From positions 1,011 through 65,010 of the forward strand of contig JAZLHE010000036.1 in assembly GCA_045616665.1 (NCBI GenBank): a DNA stretch of 64,000 bases, given 5' to 3'. The stretch's first letter is position 1. Each line of letters begins with the position of its first letter. This document shows, piece after piece, positions 1 to 7,347 of the stretch. The notes beneath the pieces are model-generated. The model searched no databases and was not told the origin of the DNA. It saw nothing but the letters and a program-made list of their open reading frames with translations. The stretch comes from Bacteroidales bacterium. Lineage in GTDB: Bacteria > Bacteroidota > Bacteroidia > Bacteroidales > WCHB1-69. The position numbers were made by a program, and so were the translations under genes.

Positions 1-100
1 ATATTATAGAACTATTCCGCAGAATGTGTTAGTGAGGGAATAAATGTTTTTTTTGCGAAGGATTAATGGATTTTTTCATAAATTTGAATCTAAAATTGAT

Positions 101-108
101 TATTTTTG
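101..108 (+). promoter_or_regulatory. Putative sigma-A -7 box (TAnnTTTG)
   Basis: TATTTTTG about 30 nt upstream of ATG 139. The ORF-track TTG start at 106 lies inside this box, which favours the ATG at 139. Confidence 0.45.
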
Positions 109-138
109 CATCCGTATTCTTGTCCAATAGTAAACATT

Positions 139-1230
139 ATGAAAAACTTGAACAAAGCTGTTGTCATTTTGCTGAACATCCTATTCTGCGGCATAACACT
201 TTATTTTTTCACCCACAATGCCTTTCTCCGTCCTTATGCGGGCAGCTTTTTCAAGGAATTCGTCTCCTGCCTTCTATTACTGGGGTCATTATACGTCAAT
301 TACTTTATACTCTATCCCAAGATTCACCAAAAACGTTCTCACACCATCTATTGGTTGACGTTGGTTTGCCTTGACGCCGCATTGGGGCTTGCGGATTTTG
401 CCATTGCCTACCCATATATTGTTTCTCATAATACACAGGTCATCAAACTTGTCGGCTTCTATAGTTTCTTCTCAAAGACACTGTTTCTAATTGTTGGACG
501 TAATCTCTCATTGAATTTTATTCCCTATCTGTTGAGGGAACGGCAATATTTCCGACAGTCTTTAGAAAAAGAAGTAAGGGTCGTTTACCTGAATGTGCGG
601 AAGCTTGATGTAATGGATAAAGACAGCAACATCCACCTGGTTGACATTGACGACATACTTTATTGTCACCAAATTGGAAACTACACGGAAATCTGTATGA
701 TACAAAATAAGAAGTACTTACGCCTCGGTTCAATGAAGCATCTTGAACAGTTATTTGGCGAGGATGATTTTATCCGCATAACAACCACCATATTAGTGCC
801 ATTCCGATTCATTGCATCCTATCAAGATAATATGGTAACCCTAAAAAAAATGTCTTGGGAGGAAGAACCTGCTGCATTTATGTTGGAATCCAAGAGCCAG
901 AAAAACGTTGTTCAAAGAATTTCGGACCATTTTCAAGAATGCGGCAAGACGGCAAATGACAAAAATATTCCACAGGAAACGAACGCACCAAAAGTCAAAC
1001 GCAAACCGGCAATCCCTCCGGAAGAAAAAATAAAAAAAGTTCTTTTCTACATAAAAACGCACCACAACTGCAATTCGGCGGATATTATTGCCGAAACGAA
1101 TTATTCGTTGAGTACTGTTGAACGCTGCCTATCTGAACTCAAAAATCAGGGATTGATTGAACACACGGGAAGTAAAAAGAAAGGCGGTTACGCTATGATT
1201 AATACGCAGCAGAAAAAAAGGGCTTTGTAA
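139..1230 (+). CDS. Membrane-anchored LytTR-domain DNA-binding protein with C-terminal winged-helix-like module
   Basis: The N-terminus has several hydrophobic helices (VVILLNILFCGITLYFF, LLLLGSLYVNYFILY, YWLTLVCLDAALGLADFAIAY). The central LytTR-like block is IHLVDIDDILYCHQIGNYTEICMIQNKKYLRLGSMKHLEQLF..FIRITTTILVPFRFI. A Lys-rich linker is followed by an HTH-like segment, YSLSTVERCLSELKNQGLIEHTG. Confidence 0.6.
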   Translation: MKNLNKAVVILLNILFCGITLYFFTHNAFLRPYAGSFFKEFVSCLLLLGSLYVNYFILYPKIHQKRSHTIYWLTLVCLDAALGLADFAIAYPYIVSHNTQVIKLVGFYSFFSKTLFLIVGRNLSLNFIPYLLRERQYFRQSLEKEVRVVYLNVRKLDVMDKDSNIHLVDIDDILYCHQIGNYTEICMIQNKKYLRLGSMKHLEQLFGEDDFIRITTTILVPFRFIASYQDNMVTLKKMSWEEEPAAFMLESKSQKNVVQRISDHFQECGKTANDKNIPQETNAPKVKRKPAIPPEEKIKKVLFYIKTHHNCNSADIIAETNYSLSTVERCLSELKNQGLIEHTGSKKKGGYAMINTQQKKRAL

Positions 1231-1313
1231 ATTTGGAAGAATTTTAGAAAAATTCGACATACTGCCGCAAAAGTCTTATCCATTATGTGGATTGCTGATT
1301 AAGCGGGTGGATA

Positions 1314-2432
1314 TCAAAACACCAACTTGTTGTGTTCTAGTATCTTGCGTGCGCTGGAGCGGTGTGTGTAGCGTTCCGTCATGGATATGGAGTGGTGGTC
1401 GGCCAATTCCTTGACGTACTTAATGGGGACACCCGACTCAAGCATTTCCGTGATGCCGGTGTCTTTCAGAGAGTAAAATTGGTACTCTTTCGGCAATTGC
1501 AGCTTTTGCCTCATTTTCTGCCAGGTGCGCTGTATCTTTTGTGGACGCACGTAGGTTTCTCCCGGCTTGAAATCGTCGGAAAATATGTATTGGTCTTGTT
1601 CCAAGGTGTTTAGGGTGTTAAAGTACCGAAATATCTCTGACGGCAACGCAATGATTCGTTCGTTATGTGTTTTTGCGACGGAGGAAGGAATTCTAAGCAG
1701 TCCCTCGGTGAAGTTTATGTCACCAACCCTCAGCATCGATATTTCCTTGGGCCGTATAAAGCACCTGTAGCAAAGCTTCATGATAATGATGTATTCCGAC
1801 ATTTTTAATTTTTGGAAGTATTTTTTTATCTTGGCACGGTCGGTACGGGGAATAATGGTTCTTGTTTTGGGACCCGTTTTCCTTGAGGAAAAGCCCTGAA
1901 ACGGGTTTGTCTTGACATAGCCGTTTTTTATTAGGTAGTTGAACAGGTTTTTGAAAAACGTCAAGTCATAGTTCCAGGTACGGGGACAAACATTTTCCCG
2001 CTCGATGTCGGACATTAGCATAGATGCGTGCTTTACTGTAAATCTATCGCACATCCACGAAGCCATTTTTTTCTGGGTACACCAACGAATAAAGTATTTG
2101 CATAGTGACTTGTATCTTTTAACCGATGATGGTCTGAGTTCTCGGTTTTTCTTTTTCAGGAATTCTGTTGCGGCAGAGGACAGGGAAATCTCGTTGTTCA
2201 TATTTGGCACATCGTCAAAATAGGGATTCCAGCCATTGTACAACTTGGCATTCAGTTCAAGGCAATAGAGTCGCGCATATTTTATTCGCTCTCTTTTTCC
2301 CTTAATATGATTGAAGCGGACGCGCTTCCGCTGAAGAGTGTTGGAGGATGGATTTAGGATGTAGTAACTGACATAGACCTCCTTCTTGTTGACGACTTGT
2401 GCCGGACGAAATTCAATGAAAGGTTTTGACAT
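1314..2432 (-). CDS. Tyrosine recombinase / site-specific integrase (Bacteroides-type)
   Basis: The C-terminal catalytic region contains IRPKEISMLRVGDI, AKTHNERIIALP, YSLKDTGITEML and ELADHHSISMTERYTH (His...Tyr nucleophile context). The N-terminal region (VYVSYYILNP...RKRVRFNHIK) is typical of the arm-binding domain of Bacteroidota integrases. Confidence 0.9.
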   Translation of the reverse strand: MSKPFIEFRPAQVVNKKEVYVSYYILNPSSNTLQRKRVRFNHIKGKRERIKYARLYCLELNAKLYNGWNPYFDDVPNMNNEISLSSAATEFLKKKNRELRPSSVKRYKSLCKYFIRWCTQKKMASWMCDRFTVKHASMLMSDIERENVCPRTWNYDLTFFKNLFNYLIKNGYVKTNPFQGFSSRKTGPKTRTIIPRTDRAKIKKYFQKLKMSEYIIIMKLCYRCFIRPKEISMLRVGDINFTEGLLRIPSSVAKTHNERIIALPSEIFRYFNTLNTLEQDQYIFSDDFKPGETYVRPQKIQRTWQKMRQKLQLPKEYQFYSLKDTGITEMLESGVPIKYVKELADHHSISMTERYTHRSSARKILEHNKLVF

Positions 2433-2607
2433 ATAAAATATTGTTTTTCAATTGTTTGACAAAGCGACAATGTTTGATTTTTTGCGTTTTGGGCGCAAAT
2501 TTGGCGCAGTGGAATATTTGCATAAATATACAAAAATAGGGAATATTGGGAAACCCTGGAATATAATTTGGCGCAAAAATGGATTTTTCAGATTCAAAAA
2601 AAAATAT

Positions 2608-2615
2608 TATCTTTG
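2608..2615 (+). promoter_or_regulatory. Putative -7 box (TATCTTTG) for cassette 1
   Basis: Matches TAnnTTTG, about 20 nt upstream of ATG 2637. The surrounding string AATATTATCTTTGC is repeated upstream of cassette 3 (5778-5791 region). Confidence 0.5.
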
Positions 2616-2636
2616 CAGTGTCAAAATTAAAGCATT

Positions 2637-3494
2637 ATGAATCAGCACCTTTGCCAAGGCACTTTTCTTCCAAAAAATCCTTTGCGGGTGAATTTCACCT
2701 TCTCGGCAAAAGAGCGTGATGTTGAAACAGGCTTAAGTTACTTTGGTTCACGCTATTACAGCTCCGATTTAAGCATTTGGCTGAGCGTTGACCCGCAAAG
2801 CGACAAATATCCCTCGTTCTCACCGTATACGTATTGTGCGAATAATCCTATCAAGTTGGTGGATCCGAATGGGGAAGAGATAGATATTGACGGATACAGG
2901 TATATCCCTGGTCAATCATGCCCTGAAGGAGTTGCGGATAATACACGAAACAAATGGAATGCAATGAATGATATTTATAAAAGAGAGAACGGAAAATGTG
3001 TAATTGATGAAATGGACCAATCTAAATCTTGTTTCACTATTTCATCTGAAATTAAAACTGATGGAAGAGGATGTTATTCTTCAAATAATGACGGCTCTGG
3101 CGGTACCATATACTTAAACGGTCATGATAATGATATAGGTACGCTATCACATGAATTATTTCACGGATATCAAGATTTAAATGGAATAGAGCAACATTCA
3201 ATATTTAATGAAGTTGAAGCGAATCTATTTAGTTTTTCGATTACTGGGGATACAAGAGGGCTATTTGACAAAATTGATAATGATGAATATTCCCGAAACT
3301 ATAACACAGCTATGGCAACCTTATTATATGGTAATGGGTTAGATGCTTATAGTTTTAATCACGTTCTCTCCAATTTCAAAGACTGCTCTCCTAAAAATTG
3401 GAAAGGAACGTATGATAATTATTCTATAAATTCTTTTTCAATATCTTTGATATCAGATTTTTATCCTCTTTATCCTGTTAGATTGCAAAAATGA
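2637..3494 (+). CDS. Cassette 1: orphan Rhs/YD core C-terminal fragment fused to an HExxH (zincin-like) toxin domain
   Basis: Core motif FTFSAKERDVETGLSYFGSRYYSSDLSIWLSVDP...YTYCANNPIKLVDPNGEE (DNA about 2694-2885), followed by unique sequence containing HELFH (3150-3164). No YD-repeat shell lies upstream. Confidence 0.75.
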   Translation: MNQHLCQGTFLPKNPLRVNFTFSAKERDVETGLSYFGSRYYSSDLSIWLSVDPQSDKYPSFSPYTYCANNPIKLVDPNGEEIDIDGYRYIPGQSCPEGVADNTRNKWNAMNDIYKRENGKCVIDEMDQSKSCFTISSEIKTDGRGCYSSNNDGSGGTIYLNGHDNDIGTLSHELFHGYQDLNGIEQHSIFNEVEANLFSFSITGDTRGLFDKIDNDEYSRNYNTAMATLLYGNGLDAYSFNHVLSNFKDCSPKNWKGTYDNYSINSFSISLISDFYPLYPVRLQK

Positions 3495-4054
3495 AGAAAT
3501 TACATTTCTATTTTTTTATTTTGCTTATTGTTTTTTGTGGCTCAAGCAAATGTTTGCTAGGTCAAATCTGTGATACTATAGAATTTGACTATATAATGCC
3601 ATTGGACAACGATTTCCAACTTCAAACAGGATGCATTCAGTTAAATCAAAAGGTTGATTCGTATCCTATCATTAGTTCAGACAGTTGTGGAGATACAATT
3701 CCGTCGATGATGTATTTACATGTGTTTTTGAATAGAAAAAATCAGAGAACCAGATATTTGATGATAAAAAAAACAGAAATTTTCTTTATGGCATTAACTG
3801 ATTCCATTCACGGAAAAGTAAATAAATTTTGTTTTTTTTATCAGGGGAAACCACCTGCAGAGATAATGGAGGAAGCAGGGAACTTTTGCAATCTGCTAGA
3901 TTTTCACATTATGGGAATTATAAACTCTTGGACTTGGGAACTCTTAGATGAAGACATTGATTCTATGCCTTTGGAAATAGACTTGCTTGTGCCATTACAT
4001 TGTAACTTAGTATTGAAGACGAATCTTATTGACAAGTTTAATTCGTTAAATTGA
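3491..4054 (+). CDS. Cassette 1 putative immunity protein (exported / lipoprotein-like)
   Basis: The start overlaps the toxin stop (ATGA). The N-terminus is MKKLHFYFFILLIVFCGSSKC (signal peptide, lipobox-like). I recognised no family. Confidence 0.5.
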   Translation: MKKLHFYFFILLIVFCGSSKCLLGQICDTIEFDYIMPLDNDFQLQTGCIQLNQKVDSYPIISSDSCGDTIPSMMYLHVFLNRKNQRTRYLMIKKTEIFFMALTDSIHGKVNKFCFFYQGKPPAEIMEEAGNFCNLLDFHIMGIINSWTWELLDEDIDSMPLEIDLLVPLHCNLVLKTNLIDKFNSLN

Positions 4055-4269
4055 ATGAAAAGAAGTTTTTCCACTCGATTATTTACAATAAACCAAACTT
4101 GACTTTCAATGATAATTTAACAGTGAGGTTGTAAACATTCCATTTTTCTGGTAGGTTATTAAATTTGACTCGCATAATTCACCAGAATTCGTAAATTTGT
4201 TTTTCTATTTAACCCATTCCTAAATACTCGCACAAAATCACCGACATCACTTTTTATTCCTTGCCACAT

Positions 4270-4366
4270 TAAACCAATCTCCCCAACCACAGTCATTATA
4301 AAAAATAGCGTTTAAATTTTCGGTGGTTGGTGCAGTTTTAAAAACTTTTCCGTAAATTTGCATCCT
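4270..4366 (+). repeat. Direct repeat copy A (partner at 8890-8983), contains a -7 box
   Basis: A 40-nt identical core, CCACAGTCATTATAAAAAATAGCGTTTAAATTTTCGGTGG, occurs at 4287-4326 and 8902-8941. A 15-nt identical block, AAAACTTTTCCGTAA, occurs at 4341-4355 and 8956-8970, followed in each copy by (A/G)TTTGCA. Confidence 0.85.
4353..4360 (+). promoter_or_regulatory. Putative -7 box (TAAATTTG) for cassette 2
   Basis: Matches TAnnTTTG, about 28 nt upstream of ATG 4389, and lies inside repeat copy A. Confidence 0.5.
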
Positions 4367-4388
4367 CAATCAAACACCGAACACAAAA

Positions 4389-5303
4389 ATGCCAACACAA
4401 AATCACACATATCACCCCACCGTCTCAGCAGCGTCCTCCGCCGCCACCTATTCCCTATTCCCTGTTCCCTATTCCCTAAATTTCACCTTCTCAGCGAAAG
4501 AATGCGACACAGAAACAGGCTTAAGTTACTTTGGCTCACGCTATTACAGCTCAGATTTGAGCATCTGGCTAAGTGTTGATCCGCAGGCAGCGAAATACCC
4601 TGGTTTATCGCCATTTACGTATTGCGCCAATAACCCGGTGAAACTGGTGGACCCGAATGGGGAAGAGATAGATTGGGTCGAAAAAGCTGATGGAACAATT
4701 TATTGGGATGACAATGCCACTTCCCAAGAAACCACAAAAGACGGGGAAAAATATTTAGGAAAAAATGTTTTAGTAGCAACTCATAACCGAGATGCCGATT
4801 TAAATGAGCCTATAAATAGTGCCACATATGATTTATATCTGGAGAGTAATAAAGAAGGATCTACAGCGAGCATTGTGGGTAATACCGTTCCTTCAAATGG
4901 AACGATATCGGGTACTTTAGCGGAAGGATTGTATCCTGCTCGTTTTCAAGGGAGGGCAAAATATATACAAAATGGTAAAACTGATTTGGCCTTAATCATC
5001 AATGAGGGGCGCAGTGTTCCGACAGCCAATGGAAGCCCAAAATCTTCGATGACTGGAATATTTTTTCATGCAGGTAATAATTATCAGACATCTCTATTTG
5101 ATTCAAAAGGGCACGCCTATTCAGAAGGTTGTTTGACAGGACCTTGCAGACTCAATTCTTCTGCAGAATGGAATGCTTTTGGGAAGCAATTAATAGGATT
5201 TAACGGATCTGTGTACCTGAGAGGTCAGCCACAACCTGCTCCGCTTGAATTCCCTCCAATTGATAGTTCTCTCTCAGGAAGAAGTATTTTAAACGTACGG
5301 TGA
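4389..5303 (+). CDS. Cassette 2: orphan Rhs core fragment fused to a YkuD (L,D-transpeptidase)-like toxin domain
   Basis: Core FTFSAKECDTETGLSYFGSRYYSSDLSIWLSVDP...FTYCANNPVKLVDPNGEE (DNA about 4482-4672). The C-terminal domain contains FFHAGNNYQTSLFDSKGHAYSEGCLTG, which fits H-x17-S-x-G-C-hydrophobic. Confidence 0.7.
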   Translation: MPTQNHTYHPTVSAASSAATYSLFPVPYSLNFTFSAKECDTETGLSYFGSRYYSSDLSIWLSVDPQAAKYPGLSPFTYCANNPVKLVDPNGEEIDWVEKADGTIYWDDNATSQETTKDGEKYLGKNVLVATHNRDADLNEPINSATYDLYLESNKEGSTASIVGNTVPSNGTISGTLAEGLYPARFQGRAKYIQNGKTDLALIINEGRSVPTANGSPKSSMTGIFFHAGNNYQTSLFDSKGHAYSEGCLTGPCRLNSSAEWNAFGKQLIGFNGSVYLRGQPQPAPLEFPPIDSSLSGRSILNVR

Positions 5304-5305
5304 TT

Positions 5306-5779
5306 ATGGATAAATATATTGCGACATTTGTTGTCTTTATTTTATTTGTATCGTGCCGTTTCCCTGTGACAAATGCACTTCAAAACAATCAGTGCAAAAG
5401 CAATAATTTCGCAGAAAGAAGCATTCCTGACAGCCTTGATTCATACAAACTCATACAAAACAAGTGGTACTACGTTGTTGGACCAAATTGTGTCAGCTAT
5501 CTTACTTTTCAACAGGATTTTAGGTACGAAGAGGAAAATTGTGAATGGGAACTATTTTATAATGGAAATTACAAAATATCAAAGGACAGCATCATTTTGT
5601 ATGAATATGATTTGGTCTCCAATTCTCCCAATGAAGATAGGATTGTTAATACATATATTTACACGTATGTTTATCAAGGGAATCGCTTAAAATTAGTAAA
5701 TACTAGAACTGTTAAAGATGGGATTGAAGTAAACACCTATTTCCCAGACAGCGTTTTTTATTATAGATTTGAAGAATAA
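5306..5779 (+). CDS. Cassette 2 putative immunity lipoprotein
   Basis: The ATG is 3 nt after the toxin stop. The N-terminus is MDKYIATFVVFILFVSCRFP (lipoprotein-type signal). Confidence 0.5.
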   Translation: MDKYIATFVVFILFVSCRFPVTNALQNNQCKSNNFAERSIPDSLDSYKLIQNKWYYVVGPNCVSYLTFQQDFRYEEENCEWELFYNGNYKISKDSIILYEYDLVSNSPNEDRIVNTYIYTYVYQGNRLKLVNTRTVKDGIEVNTYFPDSVFYYRFEE

Positions 5780-5783
5780 ATAT

Positions 5784-5791
5784 TATCTTTG
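5784..5791 (+). promoter_or_regulatory. Putative -7 box (TATCTTTG) for cassette 3
   Basis: Matches TAnnTTTG, about 40 nt upstream of ATG 5832. The ORF-track start at 5769 lies upstream of the box, so 5832 is preferred. That start gives MPIQNHTY, homologous to MPTQNHTY at the start of cassette 2. Confidence 0.5.
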
Positions 5792-5831
5792 CCCCATCAA
5801 TCACCAATCACCAATCCCCGAACACCCAAAA

Positions 5832-6782
5832 ATGCCAATACAAAACCACACATATCGTCTCACAGCCCCGGCACCACCCCTCACAGCCCTCTATCCCCTA
5901 CACCCTAAACCCTGTACCCTAAAAAGTTCCACCTTCTCCGCCAAAGAAAAGGACATTGAAACAGGCTTATTAGTTACTTCGCTACGCGAAGTTTCCTCCT
6001 TGCGGCTCGGCAATTGGCGAACAAGTTCGCATTGCACTCGCTCGCTGCGTCGGTTTGGCTCACGCTATTACAGCTCCGATTTGAGCATCTGGCTGAGCGT
6101 GGATCCGATGAGTGACAAATATCCTCACCAATCAAATTATGTTTATTGTAGTAATAATCCGATAAGAATAACCGATCCTAATGGAGAGGACGAGTATGAA
6201 TTTGATGGGTCGGGAAACATGACAAGAGTTAAGGAATCTAATAATGATATTTTTTATAAAATTGATGAGAATGGTACACGAACAGGTGAGTCTCTTTCTT
6301 TTAAGGGAAAAATTGTATCGGATCAGAAGACCATTGAAGGCGAGAAAAGAAATTCATTTTATTTAAGGATTGATAATGCGAATGATGCAGAAGCTGTTTT
6401 CTCATTTATCTCTGACAAAGTAGAACAAGATGGAGGAGAATATTCAAATTCTATAGTACAAGATAAAGGAGGTGCCATATATAATTTGATAGGTTCAGAT
6501 ATTGATGCGGTGAAAGGTGAAAGTTATTCGATTACAAATTTGCTATATTCTAATGAATATTCAGTTATGGAATCTATTCATAATCATTATGCTGGAAAGG
6601 TGTCTCCCAGTGAATCAGATGTGAAATTGGCCCGTCAATTTCCAAATACAAATTTTATGGTTAGAACACTTGGTAATTATTGTACTCCATATGATGGAAA
6701 CACTCCTGCTGATTATGACATGGGAACAAGTAGCGTTAGTGTTCCTTTGAAACCCTTTGAAATTATTAAAAGTCGTCCATAA
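5832..6782 (+). CDS. Cassette 3: orphan Rhs core fragment (interrupted by a 78-nt in-frame insertion) fused to a JAB/JAMM-motif toxin domain
   Basis: Core STFSAKEKDIETGL[28-aa replacement]FGSRYYSSDLSIWLSVDP...YVYCSNNPIRITDPNGEDE (DNA about 5927-6192). The C-terminal domain contains HNHYAGKVSPSESD, which is H-x-H-x7-S-x2-D (6579-6620). Confidence 0.7.
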   Translation: MPIQNHTYRLTAPAPPLTALYPLHPKPCTLKSSTFSAKEKDIETGLLVTSLREVSSLRLGNWRTSSHCTRSLRRFGSRYYSSDLSIWLSVDPMSDKYPHQSNYVYCSNNPIRITDPNGEDEYEFDGSGNMTRVKESNNDIFYKIDENGTRTGESLSFKGKIVSDQKTIEGEKRNSFYLRIDNANDAEAVFSFISDKVEQDGGEYSNSIVQDKGGAIYNLIGSDIDAVKGESYSITNLLYSNEYSVMESIHNHYAGKVSPSESDVKLARQFPNTNFMVRTLGNYCTPYDGNTPADYDMGTSSVSVPLKPFEIIKSRP

Positions 6783-6792
6783 ATTTAAAATC

Positions 6793-7347
6793 ATGAAGAA
6801 GCAAATTTTACTGCTAATTTTCATATTGTTAATGACAGCAAATTATGTGTTTAGTCAATATCGTTATAAAATTACAGTGCCAGTTGTATATGTAGATACA
6901 CCTTCTTTATTTAGTTCATTAATAGATACAATTGAAATATTGAATGCCGAATGTATGCGAGGTTGTAACACTAATTATATTGAAGTTGAGTGTCGCTCAA
7001 ATAAAATGATTTGGGATTCTTCATATAGTTTTAGAATTATAGACGGTTCATGTGCTTTGACTGATACTTCTATAAAGGGTGTTTCATATTATAAAGGGAA
7101 AATTATCGTATGGTACAACAGTATACCATTAGCTTTATTTTGTAAAAAAACGGATAAATGGGTAGTAATTGATTTACCAAATATAGATACACATGAACCA
7201 ATTAGGGATAATATTCCGGAGATATTTTGTTGTTATTATGGAGGACAGCTGTTTATTTATCGGATAGATTTTTGTATGAATTTCAATATAACACGTAAAT
7301 ATCCTATAATAATTCAAAATTATAGAAATATTTATAACATTGAATAA
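6793..7347 (+). CDS. Cassette 3 putative immunity protein (secreted)
   Basis: The ATG is 11 nt after the toxin stop. The N-terminus is MKKQILLLIFILLMTANYVFSQ (signal peptide). Confidence 0.5.
   Translation: MKKQILLLIFILLMTANYVFSQYRYKITVPVVYVDTPSLFSSLIDTIEILNAECMRGCNTNYIEVECRSNKMIWDSSYSFRIIDGSCALTDTSIKGVSYYKGKIIVWYNSIPLALFCKKTDKWVVIDLPNIDTHEPIRDNIPEIFCCYYGGQLFIYRIDFCMNFNITRKYPIIIQNYRNIYNIE

Noticed and set aside
4159-4269. 36-codon minus-strand ORF (MWQGIKSDVGDFVRVFRNG...) in the 330-nt spacer between cassette 1 and repeat copy A
   Set aside because: It is too short, has no recognisable motif or promoter, and could at most be a decayed gene remnant. It cannot be supported from sequence alone.
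5769-5831. N-terminal extensions offered by the ORF track (5769, 16980, 36763, 43946, 62586, 13845, 34798, 47709, 49539, 51530 and 56021 starts)
   Set aside because: In each case a TAnnTTTG box or the upstream gene lies inside the extension. An internal ATG gives a proper signal peptide or a conserved N-terminus, so internal starts were used.
5892-5919. Telomere-like CCCTAAA units within the cassette 3 heptamer array
   Set aside because: The resemblance to eukaryotic telomere repeats is coincidental. The context is a bacterial ORF 5' end, and the array is reported as a heptamer repeat rather than as a telomere.
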